Positions 31,569 through 41,333 of a DNA stretch of 64,000 bases are shown piece by piece. The first letter of the stretch is position 1. Every line of letters begins with the position of its first letter. Below the pieces are notes generated by a model, which was given only the letters and a program-made list of their open reading frames with translations, searched no databases and was not told the origin of the DNA. Both the position numbers and the translations under genes were made by a program. The stretch comes from Nitrosomonas sp. (lineage in GTDB: Bacteria > Pseudomonadota > Gammaproteobacteria > Burkholderiales > Nitrosomonadaceae): positions 33,731 through 97,730 of the forward strand of contig JAJFJJ010000049.1 of assembly GCA_021774195.1 (NCBI GenBank), in the 5' to 3' direction.

Positions 31569-33713
31569 TTAAGTCTTATAAATACTGACACTTTCTTTTA
31601 ATTGCTCTGCTACTTTACCCATGTTTGTCGCTGCTTCTTTAGTTTCTTGTGTATTATTAACAAATTGTGAGGTGACTTTATTGATTTCACTCATGGAAAT
31701 AGCGACTTGATCTATACCAACAACTTCCTGTTGCACGGCGGCTACAATTTGCTTACTAGCATGTACCGTCTCATTGATTACCTCACTGAGTTGGGTCATC
31801 ATTTCACCACTTTTTTCTACCAATGAAACACCATCATCAACTCTTTTGTTACCTTCCTCCGTTGCCATCACAGCACAATCTGCCGCTCGCTGAACATCCT
31901 GAAGAATTTTCTGAACTTGTACTGTTGATTGTTGAGACTGTATTGCTAATTCCTTAACTTCTGCTGCGACGACAGCAAACCCCTTGCCAGCCTCTCCAGC
32001 CTTAGCAGCTTCTATCGAAGCATTAAGTGCCAACATCTTGGATTGCTGTGCAATACTTGACACGACCTCCGTAATTTCTCTAATCTGTTGAGTTTGCTCG
32101 GATAACGCTAAAATAGTCTGTGCAATATTCTCAACTTGTCCACGAATTACCTCCATGCTGGAAATTGTTTGCGAAAGAACTTTCTGTCCATGATCACCCT
32201 CAAACCGAGCTTTCTCCGCGACCTTACCTAACTGCTTGGCCTTATCTAAATTTTGTGCCGAAGTTGCTCGTACTTCTTCTAATGTTGACGTAATTTCACT
32301 TACAGCAGCAGCTTGTTGAGAGGCAGCTGATGCTTGTGTATTTACTGCGGCGTGTATTTGACTAAATGTTCCTAGCAGGGTACTACTCGCTTCATCAATT
32401 TGATTGGTGATTCCTGTTAAACCCTCAACCATGGTATTTAAGTTATTTCCGATTAGGCTTAATTCGTCGTTATTATTAGTATCAACACGCTGACGTAAAT
32501 CACCATTTGCCACATCGCTAATAAATTTACTGTAACCTTTAACATAATTCTGATAATCAATATTTTTTAGCGTTTGTGCAGTAATATCAGTTGCGATTTT
32601 TACTATTTTAGTTACTTGCCCCATTTCATCCAGAACAGGAGTATAGACCCCATGAATCCAAATTTCCCCTCCAGATTTAGTCACTCTCTTAAAAGTATCA
32701 TTCTTATTCTTGCCCATATTCAAATCTTTCCAAAACTGAGCATAGTCTTGAGAATTAGTAGTTTCTGGCTCAACAAATATACGATGGTGTTTGCCAACAA
32801 TTTCTTCAGCTTGATAGCCAAGTAATTGTAAGAAATTTTTATTTGCCATCAAAACATTTCCATTGGTATCGAACTCAATATAGGCATTGGAAGCATCAAT
32901 AGCAGCCAGAATACCTCTTATATTCTGACGCTCTATTTCAAGTTCAGTAATCTCATAACGTACACCAATATACTTTTTAGGTTTACCCTTATTGCCCATA
33001 ATCGGCGCAATTACTGCATCGACATAATAGGGTTCACCATCTTTACTTCTATTCTTAATAACGCCACGAAAAATTTTCCCATGACCAATGGTGTTCCATA
33101 CTTGCTTAAAAAGTGCCTTTGGCATATCTGGGTGGCGCGTAATACTATGTGGACTGCCAATAAGTTCTTCTCTGCTGTACTGAGATACTTCTATATATTT
33201 CTCATTGATTTCAGTTATTCTTCCGGTGAGGTCTGAATGAGAAATAATAGAGGTCATGTTTAACATATCTATTAGTACTTTATGTTCAGCAACTTCGGCT
33301 AATTGATTCGTCTTAATTTCAGTTATATTCTTGGATAGTGCTAAGATTCTTACTGAATTACCCTCTTCATCCTCAATGAGGCTGTAAAAAATCTGCAGCC
33401 ATATTTCGTTACCTTTCTTGTCTAATTGCTTGCATTCATCAGCATTGAGTTCACCCTGACTTATTTTTTTCCATAACTGTTGATATTCAGTGCTACTTGC
33501 AAAACTAGACTCAAAAAAAATACCGTGATGCTTGCCACAGACTTCTTTCAGGGTATATCCCATGAGCGACAGGAAATTTGCGTTTGCATCAATAATCGTA
33601 CCGTCAAGTTCAAATTCAATGACACAATGTGATTTACTCAACGCATCAGCTTGACTTTGATAATCAGATATCAATTTATTATCTTTCGCTTTCGTATCCG
33701 TTTTTTTCTTCAT
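31569..33713 (-). CDS. Soluble methyl-accepting chemotaxis protein with three PAS domains
   Basis: Three PAS-like repeats (each with ...DAN/MANxNFLxLxGY...), no obvious TM helices, and a C-terminal MA signalling domain (SIAQQSKMLALNASIEAAKAGEAGKGFAVVAAEVKELA). Confidence 0.9.
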   Translation of the reverse strand: MKKKTDTKAKDNKLISDYQSQADALSKSHCVIEFELDGTIIDANANFLSLMGYTLKEVCGKHHGIFFESSFASSTEYQQLWKKISQGELNADECKQLDKKGNEIWLQIFYSLIEDEEGNSVRILALSKNITEIKTNQLAEVAEHKVLIDMLNMTSIISHSDLTGRITEINEKYIEVSQYSREELIGSPHSITRHPDMPKALFKQVWNTIGHGKIFRGVIKNRSKDGEPYYVDAVIAPIMGNKGKPKKYIGVRYEITELEIERQNIRGILAAIDASNAYIEFDTNGNVLMANKNFLQLLGYQAEEIVGKHHRIFVEPETTNSQDYAQFWKDLNMGKNKNDTFKRVTKSGGEIWIHGVYTPVLDEMGQVTKIVKIATDITAQTLKNIDYQNYVKGYSKFISDVANGDLRQRVDTNNNDELSLIGNNLNTMVEGLTGITNQIDEASSTLLGTFSQIHAAVNTQASAASQQAAAVSEITSTLEEVRATSAQNLDKAKQLGKVAEKARFEGDHGQKVLSQTISSMEVIRGQVENIAQTILALSEQTQQIREITEVVSSIAQQSKMLALNASIEAAKAGEAGKGFAVVAAEVKELAIQSQQSTVQVQKILQDVQRAADCAVMATEEGNKRVDDGVSLVEKSGEMMTQLSEVINETVHASKQIVAAVQQEVVGIDQVAISMSEINKVTSQFVNNTQETKEAATNMGKVAEQLKESVSIYKT

Positions 33714-33800
33714 GCTTGATAACCCCTAAAATGTATCTCAATAAAGTATCTTAAAAAGTAAAGTCTGCTCTAGAATGTTTTTATTTTTTGGATATCCTGA

Positions 33801-34535
33801 TTAGTTAACTGATTCATCTATTTGCAAAGATGAATCGGTCAGTATTGAACCAATATTTAATATAACCACCTTTCCAGCATGGACGCCCTGTATGTATCCA
33901 TTATTTCCTAAAGGTGATGTTAATTTTGCTGGCACAAATTCGTCATTATCTTCAATTTCGTCAATGATTAAACCAGCTTTCGCTGTGCCAGCTTTAACAA
34001 TAATTATCCATGACTCATTCAGGTTGTCATCTTGTTTTGCGCCGAAAATTTGTTTTAAGTCAAGAACGGTTAATAACTCACCTCGATAATTAACTATACC
34101 GGCAATAATGGGAGGCGTACAAGGCACTTGGGTAACTTTTGCAGCGGGTAGGATTTTTTCTGCATATTGGTAGGGAATACCATATAGCTCTGTTAAACCA
34201 AGTTTAAAACGAATATATTGTTCATAGATTTCTTCATCTTGGTCTGTATCTTTTTGTGCAATAAGTTTTGCTCGTTGCCGGAGTATTGCTTGTTCTTTGC
34301 TACTGTTTGGTATTAATGACTGGGCATAAATAGTTTGTGGTTTGCTGTGAGCTCCCAGGTGCTTATTTATTTTTTCTTGTTTTGTATTGGTTGTTGACTG
34401 TGACGTCAAAGACTCATTTCTTTGTGCAAATTCCAATGCCTGGTCCAATTTTTTGGAAGTGGATAAGCTCGGTTTGCGTATACTGGCTGAAATCTTTTGT
34501 GTTGAATCTTGTTTTCCTTTTTTGGGTTTAGTCAT
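33801..34535 (-). CDS. CheW-domain protein with an N-terminal basic, Ser/Thr-rich extension of about 95 aa (ParP-like)
   Basis: C-terminal CheW-like domain (IAGIVNYRGELLTVLDLKQIFG) and a low-complexity N-terminus. Its start overlaps the stop of the upstream ParA-like gene as ATGA. Confidence 0.8.
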   Translation of the reverse strand: MTKPKKGKQDSTQKISASIRKPSLSTSKKLDQALEFAQRNESLTSQSTTNTKQEKINKHLGAHSKPQTIYAQSLIPNSSKEQAILRQRAKLIAQKDTDQDEEIYEQYIRFKLGLTELYGIPYQYAEKILPAAKVTQVPCTPPIIAGIVNYRGELLTVLDLKQIFGAKQDDNLNESWIIIVKAGTAKAGLIIDEIEDNDEFVPAKLTSPLGNNGYIQGVHAGKVVILNIGSILTDSSLQIDESVN

Positions 34536-35230
34536 GATTCTGTCACCATATTTATTCCTAGAACTGTTAATAATTCAGTCACTAGTGCATTAATTTCTTT
34601 TTTGGCGATGGGGTCGTGCCATTCACCAACCCATAAGCCTCTGGCGAGTACATCACTGTACGCAACACGGAAACCTAAATAAGATTGTAGTTGTGGTAAA
34701 TCAAGTTCATCATGCACCGCATCAATCATTTCTCTAGCCGAGCGTGTTTGTTTGCGATATCTATTCCAAATAACGCGTGCATCAATATGAATATTTTTTT
34801 GCTTTGCTTCTGTAATCGTTGCAAACAGGTCTGATAACGCCCAGACTTCAGCAGCGCTTGTGCCTAAAGGTAACAAACATAAATTGCTCATAACAAGGAT
34901 AGCCCGGGTCATTTCAGCAATTCTAGGTGGGCCATCAATGATTATAAAATCATGTGTGCGACTCAGTGCTTGCACTTTTTTTATTAATGCTTGATGATCA
35001 AGCGCAGTTGTAACTGATAAGTTACCTAAGTGATTGTTTTCATCTCTTAGTATGCCCCATGAAGCACTGGTGCCTTGTGGTAGGTCACAATCAATTAGGG
35101 CAACGGTTGCCCGTTGTGATAATGCTGCGGATAGGTTGGTGGCAATGGTGGAACGTCCGGCACCACCTTTTAGTTGAATGATGCCAATAATTTTTGCTTC
35201 ATTTTCTGAATTTGTGGTGCTAGTGGGCAT
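34532..35230 (-). CDS. ParA/MinD-family ATPase (ParC-like) embedded in the chemosensory cluster
   Basis: Deviant Walker A KGGAGRST and IIIDGPP Walker B-like segment; 232 aa. Confidence 0.85.
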   Translation of the reverse strand: MPTSTTNSENEAKIIGIIQLKGGAGRSTIATNLSAALSQRATVALIDCDLPQGTSASWGILRDENNHLGNLSVTTALDHQALIKKVQALSRTHDFIIIDGPPRIAEMTRAILVMSNLCLLPLGTSAAEVWALSDLFATITEAKQKNIHIDARVIWNRYRKQTRSAREMIDAVHDELDLPQLQSYLGFRVAYSDVLARGLWVGEWHDPIAKKEINALVTELLTVLGINMVTES

Positions 35231-35260
35231 TTATCGTTTTCCTAGATTGATCAAATCAAC

Positions 35261-36793
35261 TTAATGGTTTTTAACTCCTTTTACTTGCATATCAGTATAA
35301 ATTTTTATCTCATTATTTATAATTTCAATAAAACGAGCATAATTCATTCCTGGTGTATTGTGTACTTTATGTAGTGGACTTTGGTTTTTTGCATGAGTTA
35401 AAGCATGTTTTAAACTTTTTAGGCCTTTTGTGTAATCACTTTTATGAATTTGTAATAAACCGAGTTGGTAGTGTGCTTCTGGAAATGCGTAATCAAGAAA
35501 AATTGCTTTTTTGAAAGCGACTTCAGCTTCTATTGGTTTGGCGTGCTCGATAAAAATAGTTCCCTGAAGCAAATAGGTGTGTTTATCGGTTGGGTTAAGT
35601 TTGAGACATTGTTGGCAGGCTTGTAAGGCTTCATCCAAATGACCCAGATTAGCGAGTGCACTAGTTTTAATATATTCTAACTCAGCGGTATCACCCTGAG
35701 TTTTAATTTGTTTGTCAACCAACAATAGAGCATCCTGCCAGCACTCAGAACGTAAAGTATTTTTTAAATCACTGTTGTAATCATTAGATTCTGTTGTATA
35801 GACAGAAGTTGGGGGAGTTTTTTTATCCTCCTCAGGTTGTTGCTCCTTAGTTTTAATAAAAGGATTTTCAGTGACTTGTTGCTTATTATCTTCTACGAAT
35901 ATTGGTTGTTGTATCGTTTTGCGCTTGAAATAGAATGATTTGTCATTTTGTATAAATTCAAATGTTTTTGTATCCCAGGTGACAAAGTCTGAGGGGCCAA
36001 GAAATAACAATCCATCAGGGACTAGGCACATGGCAAATTGTTTCATAATTTGCTGTGTCACAGTAGATTTTAAGTAAATAAAGACATTACGGCATAAAAT
36101 AATATCCATGGCATGAATACCGGAATGCAAAGTGGGGTAGATATCCTCAGATAAATTAAGATATGAAAACTTTACAAGCTGACAAAGATCTAGCCTTAAT
36201 TGATATTGCTCATCATCGCAGGAGAAATATTTTTCGATAATAGCCTGAGGTGTTTCACGCATTGACCAGACTCGGTATTTTCCGCTGACAGCATTAGCTA
36301 AAACATCGACATTAATATCGGTTGCTAGAAAATGTAATGTCCATTGACTAATATCTGGAAGTAACTCGTGCAGTAATATGACGATACTATAGATTTCTTG
36401 TCCATTTGAACAACCGGCACTCCATATCCGTAATGAATAGTCGTTATTGATTCGTTTCTGTGCGATTAGATCTGGGAGCAGTTTTTCTCGTAATAAGGTT
36501 ATTTGTGCTGTGTCACGAAAGAAATAACTTTCACCGACGGTGATGCCTGCTAGGAGAAATTCGAATTCTGGTGTATTTTTTGTCGATTGTTCTAGTATGA
36601 GCTGTAATTCATTAGCACTTTTGTAACCAAATTGTTTGCATGCATTGTTAACGGTTTGTTGTAAGGTGGATAGTTGGTGATCTTGCAACACAATACCAGT
36701 AAGTGTTGTTATGAGTTGTTTAAACCCTTCTTCTTCTTCTGGGGTAAGCACAATCGGGAGGGGATTAAAGTCCTTTTTGATTTGTGGAGACAT
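35261..36793 (-). CDS. cheR: Chemotaxis methyltransferase CheR with C-terminal TPR domain (WspC/FrzF-like)
   Basis: CheR SAM-binding core (IWSAGCSNGQEIYS, ILCRNVFIYL) followed by TPR-like repeats of about 150 aa. Confidence 0.92.
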   Translation of the reverse strand: MSPQIKKDFNPLPIVLTPEEEEGFKQLITTLTGIVLQDHQLSTLQQTVNNACKQFGYKSANELQLILEQSTKNTPEFEFLLAGITVGESYFFRDTAQITLLREKLLPDLIAQKRINNDYSLRIWSAGCSNGQEIYSIVILLHELLPDISQWTLHFLATDINVDVLANAVSGKYRVWSMRETPQAIIEKYFSCDDEQYQLRLDLCQLVKFSYLNLSEDIYPTLHSGIHAMDIILCRNVFIYLKSTVTQQIMKQFAMCLVPDGLLFLGPSDFVTWDTKTFEFIQNDKSFYFKRKTIQQPIFVEDNKQQVTENPFIKTKEQQPEEDKKTPPTSVYTTESNDYNSDLKNTLRSECWQDALLLVDKQIKTQGDTAELEYIKTSALANLGHLDEALQACQQCLKLNPTDKHTYLLQGTIFIEHAKPIEAEVAFKKAIFLDYAFPEAHYQLGLLQIHKSDYTKGLKSLKHALTHAKNQSPLHKVHNTPGMNYARFIEIINNEIKIYTDMQVKGVKNH

Positions 36794-36823
36794 TTTTCTG
36801 TGATTATTGTCAGCAGATTTAAA

Positions 36824-37303
36824 TTATTGACTTTGTGATGTTTCCGTAATAAAAGCGTTTGTAGCGTTGAAATTGAAGCCTAAAATTTGTTCGATATCCA
36901 ATATCAACATCATACCGGAGCTAGAGTTTAGAGAGGCTTTGAAAGGTGAGTGACTGTCTTCAAATGAATCTTGCATATGAATGGTACCAGGTTTCACCAT
37001 TTCGACTTGCATGACCTCATCAACAATGAACGCTATTTGAGCTTGACCATAGTTGCAGACAATTATCGGGGTATCCAGATGGTAATTTTCTGCTGTATTA
37101 GACCCTAGCCATAATCCTAAGTCGATCACCGCGATGCTTTTGCCGTGATAATCCATTAACCCGACCAAAAAAGGTGCTCCGCCGGGAATATATTGTAATT
37201 CCATTAAAGGTAGAACACAGGTAACATAATTGAGATCGATCGCATAAAATTTATCTTGTGTACGTACTTTTAGTACTTGCTGTACAGACATTGATGTATC
37301 CAA
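36824..37303 (-). CDS. cheW: Chemotaxis coupling protein CheW
   Basis: 159-aa single CheW domain; first gene of the cluster. Confidence 0.9.
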   Translation of the reverse strand: MDTSMSVQQVLKVRTQDKFYAIDLNYVTCVLPLMELQYIPGGAPFLVGLMDYHGKSIAVIDLGLWLGSNTAENYHLDTPIIVCNYGQAQIAFIVDEVMQVEMVKPGTIHMQDSFEDSHSPFKASLNSSSGMMLILDIEQILGFNFNATNAFITETSQSQ

Positions 37304-37424
37304 TCGCTGTTTTTGTTGAATAATAATACCCCACCTAAATTATGAATTATTTACATACCTTTCTAGTTATATTTAACACCAAAAATTCTAATTTCATTAC
37401 TTAGAATATAATGACTATATCGTG

Positions 37425-40400
37425 TTATTTAATGGTATCTAAGCAACGACTAATCCATTTGCTGGTCAATTTTTCTTGTACGCTATTTTGCTGTAGACGG
37501 GTTGCAAGGCCAGAGAAATCAACCATATCAAGGGGTTGATCCTGATTGAAGCAGGAAAACACATAAGATATTTCACCGGTTTCTGGGTCTTTATGCGGCT
37601 GCAAGCATTGCGCACAAATCTCTTTCATCATGCATTGCATGGGTGAATTAATAGAGCCAATGGCAAAGTGATTCGCTTTTAAATAGGGTTTTAATTCGTT
37701 ATGGCGTGCGACACCGACTGCTGCCATCATGCGGTCAGAGCCGATAGCAATAATGCGATCAGCATCGGCAAGCGAAACGGATTGTTCACCCAACTCACCA
37801 CGACCATAGGCAATCATCGCTTGTACTATATTTCCAACAAAATCCTTGTCACCGGATCTATTTGCGGTAAAACCGGGAGATTCATCACAACACCAGACAA
37901 CCGTATCTGCAGCCGCTTCAATCTCTGCTACTTTATAACGGTCGACCAGCTTTTTGTAGCCTGCAAAGTATAATACTTTTGAGCCAGCAGCACGTGCTGC
38001 TGCACCGATAGAAAATAATACCGCATTACCTAAACCACCGCCGACCAATACCACGGTTTCATTCGGTTCAATCTCGGTTGGGGTACCGGTTGGCCCCATC
38101 AGTATAACTGGTTCACCAGGTTTCAGCATAGCGCACAAGTCAGCCGACCCACCCATTTCTAATGCGATCAGAGACACTAAACCACGTGAGATATCGACTG
38201 ATGCGCCGGTTAGTGCGATACCTTCCATTGCTAATTGAGTATCATTTGTAATTGTTGAAAGTGAGGCATAATTTTGGAAACGGTAAAATTGTCCAGGGCG
38301 AAAACGTTCAGCAGCCATAGGCGCATGCACCACCACTTCAATGATATTAGGTGTCAATCTTTCTACTTTATGAACGGTTGCTCTTAATTGGCTATTTAAC
38401 TGTTCAAAGAACTGCCAAGTAGATTGATCAGAAGACGGCTTGATTTTTTGCAATACTCGATTGACGACTGGATAACCTTGTTTGGCACTTGACATAGCCT
38501 TCACGACATTTCCTGAGAAAGAAGGGTGTAAATCGCCAAAGAAGCTTATAAATCGACCATCGTGATCGTTATTGTAACGACTTAATAAGACATATGGGGT
38601 ATCAGGTTTAGGATTGGCATAGGCTGGTTCAACTAGTTTGCCTTCTTCATCGCAAGCGGTGAAATAGCGACCGTTCAATTTATAGGTCTTTTCATCTTCG
38701 CGAGCAAGCACGGTGTTTGGTTGTGTCCCGGCGGCAATTAAAAATGCGCGTGCGGGTAGAGTTACCTCACCAGTTTTTTGCCATTGTCCTTCTTCATCAT
38801 GTTTCTGCACGGAAAATTGAACAGATTCGATATGCTCCCATTGATCGATGTTGACTTGAACAGGCGTTAAACCTTCTGCAAACCAAATGCCTTCTTCTAG
38901 CGCTTTTTCAACTTCTTCATGATTTAATGTATAAGAAGGGCTATCAACCAAGCGTTTGCGATAAGCCATCGTAGCACCGCCCCAAGATTGCAATAATGCC
39001 AACACATGTGCTTCACGTCCTTCTCTTTTTGCCGTTTCATGTTCAGCGCGGATCGCGCGTGCATGAGTAATAAATTCATCAGCAATGACTTGTTCTTCTG
39101 CGCTCCATACTTCACGGATGGTCGCCTCACCTTGCACTGCAGACAAAATCTCATAGCGTTGTAAAAATTTCTCGACTTGAACCGGATAGTAGGCTAATGC
39201 TTCTGTCGCGGTATCAATCGCTGTTAAGCCGCCGCCAATCACTACGACGGGCAAACGCAATTGCATATTTGCAATTGAATCACTTTGTCCGGCTCCAGTC
39301 AGTTGTAACGCCATTAGGAAATCTGATGCAGCTCGGACACCACGTGCCAACCCATTAGGTAAATTAAGAATAGTTGGTTTACCTGCACCTGCTGCCAGGG
39401 CAACATGGTCAAAACCCATGGCAAATGCATCGTCGGTAGTTAAGGTGCCACCAAAACGGACACCACCAAATAAAGCGAATTCCTCACGGCGTTCAAGTAA
39501 TAAACGTATTAATTTAAGAAAATTTTTGTTCCAACGTACAGTAATACCATATTCTGCTACACCACCAAACCCAGCCGGTGTGCGTTCATTTAAATCTTCT
39601 TCTAATTCACAGGCATGTTGAATGGGGTTGAATGCTTCCCGTTCACCTTTTTGATTTACGCCAGAAATTTCTGCAGCTAGTGGTTCTATTTTCAGGCCGT
39701 CAATACCAACGACTGTATGCCCTTCATTCATGAGGTGATGGGCTAAGGTATATCCTGCTGGACCCATACCAACAACAAGAACTTTCTTTCCAGAAGGTTC
39801 TTTAGGGACAGGCCTGCTTAGATTTAAAGGGTTCCAACGTGTTAATAGACTGTATATTTCATATCCCCAAGGTAATTCCAATACGTCTTTTAGCGTTCTA
39901 GTTTCTGCTTGTGGAATATCAACGGGTTCTTGTTTTTGATAAATACAGGATTTCATACAGTCGTTACAAATACGGTGACCTGTACCTGCGCACATGGGGT
40001 TGTCCAGCACAATCATGGCTAAGCTGCCAACAGCAACGCCTTGTGTTTTAAGTTTATGAAACTCGGAAATACGTTCTTCCAATGGGCAACCGGCCAGTAA
40101 TGCGCCTAATTCACTTTGTTTAAATGCAGGTGGTTCTTCCGGTGATTTAGATTTCTGTATTAAGCCTTTCGAGCACGAGTCTTTACCTTGTTCATGGCAC
40201 CAAATACAGTAATTTGCTTCATCTAATGCACCCATCAAGTCAGTACCTTGATCGGTCAAAGCGAAACCGTTACGTTCTCGTAGATGATCTAATTTATGCA
40301 CCGGGAAACCGGCTGATTCGTCAGTGTTGAGTGTTAGTAAATTTTGAAAATTTAATTTAGCAGGGGATTTGAATAGAATACCTTGTTGTGTGTGTTGTTG

Positions 40401-40979
40401 CCCGGCAGGTGTTCTCAAAGCCCAGGCAGCATAGTGGAGCGCCATTTTAAGGCGATCTTCATGTCCCGCTTCATTGTCCATCCATTGTGCGACTTTGGTA
40501 GCAAAGACCAGCTCGGTAAAAGGTTCTCCAAACTCGTCTGTTAATTTTTGTTCCAAGTCCAAACCATTAATTTCTTCCAGCTCGGCGGCGCTAACTTTTC
40601 CTTTGGCACGGCGTTGTACAAACTGCCGTTTGCAGAAATAAAGCGGTGCCAGTTTATGATGCTGTTCTGCTAGTGCTTTTACTTCATTCTCAATACCAAA
40701 CAAATCCGCTAGAAAATCTTCTAACCATGGCGCAATTTCTATTAATAATGCAGATTCATCTTTAGGGGCTAATGTATCTGGATGAATTCGTGCATTAATT
40801 AATTTGTGGTGTAATGCATGGTCACCTTGATTTAGAAAAGCAAGAAACTCATGGTCAAGTTTGAGTAAACCATCCCGGCAATATAGATCTGCAATAGTGA
40901 GTTGGTATTTTAAATTGAGTGTTGCTTGTGTGGGTTTTTGTTGCATGTGATGCGTTGCTTCCAATTTTGTCATGGCCAA
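37425..40979 (-). CDS. Large multidomain oxidoreductase: unknown N-terminal domain, GltD/NfnB-like Fe-S/FAD/NAD(P)H module, and PyrK/NfnA-like FAD/[2Fe-2S] module
   Basis: Cys clusters CIWCHEQGKDSC and CAGTGHRICNDCMKSC. Dinucleotide folds VLVVGMGPAGYT and VVVIGGGLTAIDTA. C-terminal RFRPGQFYRF, VLVGGGLGNAV and CMMKEICAQC...C, as in the dihydroorotate dehydrogenase electron-transfer subunit. Confidence 0.8.
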   Translation of the reverse strand: MAMTKLEATHHMQQKPTQATLNLKYQLTIADLYCRDGLLKLDHEFLAFLNQGDHALHHKLINARIHPDTLAPKDESALLIEIAPWLEDFLADLFGIENEVKALAEQHHKLAPLYFCKRQFVQRRAKGKVSAAELEEINGLDLEQKLTDEFGEPFTELVFATKVAQWMDNEAGHEDRLKMALHYAAWALRTPAGQQHTQQGILFKSPAKLNFQNLLTLNTDESAGFPVHKLDHLRERNGFALTDQGTDLMGALDEANYCIWCHEQGKDSCSKGLIQKSKSPEEPPAFKQSELGALLAGCPLEERISEFHKLKTQGVAVGSLAMIVLDNPMCAGTGHRICNDCMKSCIYQKQEPVDIPQAETRTLKDVLELPWGYEIYSLLTRWNPLNLSRPVPKEPSGKKVLVVGMGPAGYTLAHHLMNEGHTVVGIDGLKIEPLAAEISGVNQKGEREAFNPIQHACELEEDLNERTPAGFGGVAEYGITVRWNKNFLKLIRLLLERREEFALFGGVRFGGTLTTDDAFAMGFDHVALAAGAGKPTILNLPNGLARGVRAASDFLMALQLTGAGQSDSIANMQLRLPVVVIGGGLTAIDTATEALAYYPVQVEKFLQRYEILSAVQGEATIREVWSAEEQVIADEFITHARAIRAEHETAKREGREAHVLALLQSWGGATMAYRKRLVDSPSYTLNHEEVEKALEEGIWFAEGLTPVQVNIDQWEHIESVQFSVQKHDEEGQWQKTGEVTLPARAFLIAAGTQPNTVLAREDEKTYKLNGRYFTACDEEGKLVEPAYANPKPDTPYVLLSRYNNDHDGRFISFFGDLHPSFSGNVVKAMSSAKQGYPVVNRVLQKIKPSSDQSTWQFFEQLNSQLRATVHKVERLTPNIIEVVVHAPMAAERFRPGQFYRFQNYASLSTITNDTQLAMEGIALTGASVDISRGLVSLIALEMGGSADLCAMLKPGEPVILMGPTGTPTEIEPNETVVLVGGGLGNAVLFSIGAAARAAGSKVLYFAGYKKLVDRYKVAEIEAAADTVVWCCDESPGFTANRSGDKDFVGNIVQAMIAYGRGELGEQSVSLADADRIIAIGSDRMMAAVGVARHNELKPYLKANHFAIGSINSPMQCMMKEICAQCLQPHKDPETGEISYVFSCFNQDQPLDMVDFSGLATRLQQNSVQEKLTSKWISRCLDTIK

Positions 40980-41283
40980 TTAATATATTTTAATTATCTA
41001 TAATACGGTCGTCTGTTAACCAGATGATTTTTCTCTATTGATGAGTCTTGTTATATTGCTTTAACCAATTGATAAACGCATCATTTGGCTGGGTTTTCGG
41101 TTTTTGAGATATAAAAGTCCTGTGTTTCTTCAAGCTTAAAAAAATCAAAGGTCATTAAAACAACTTGGGTTGACGAGAGAAATGACAATTGATATTTTCA
41201 AATTAAGTTTAGCCGTCGTTATACAGCTAAATATTGAGCAGTATTTTGTAAATGTAGCGTTAAAATTTATTGATTAAACTTGG

Positions 41284-41292
41284 TTATCCAAC
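41284..41292 (+). promoter_or_regulatory. DnaA-box-like 9-mer TTATCCAAC (1 mismatch to TTATCCACA)
   Basis: Read directly at 41284-41292 in a 700-bp non-coding region. Confidence 0.35.
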
Positions 41293-41324
41293 TACTTAAA
41301 TTATTATATATTACGGTTTTAAGT

Positions 41325-41333
41325 TGTGGATAA
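41325..41333 (-). promoter_or_regulatory. Consensus DnaA box (TGTGGATAA is the reverse complement of TTATCCACA)
   Basis: Exact tgtggataa at 41325-41333, 32 bp from the box-like 9-mer at 41284. Confidence 0.45.
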
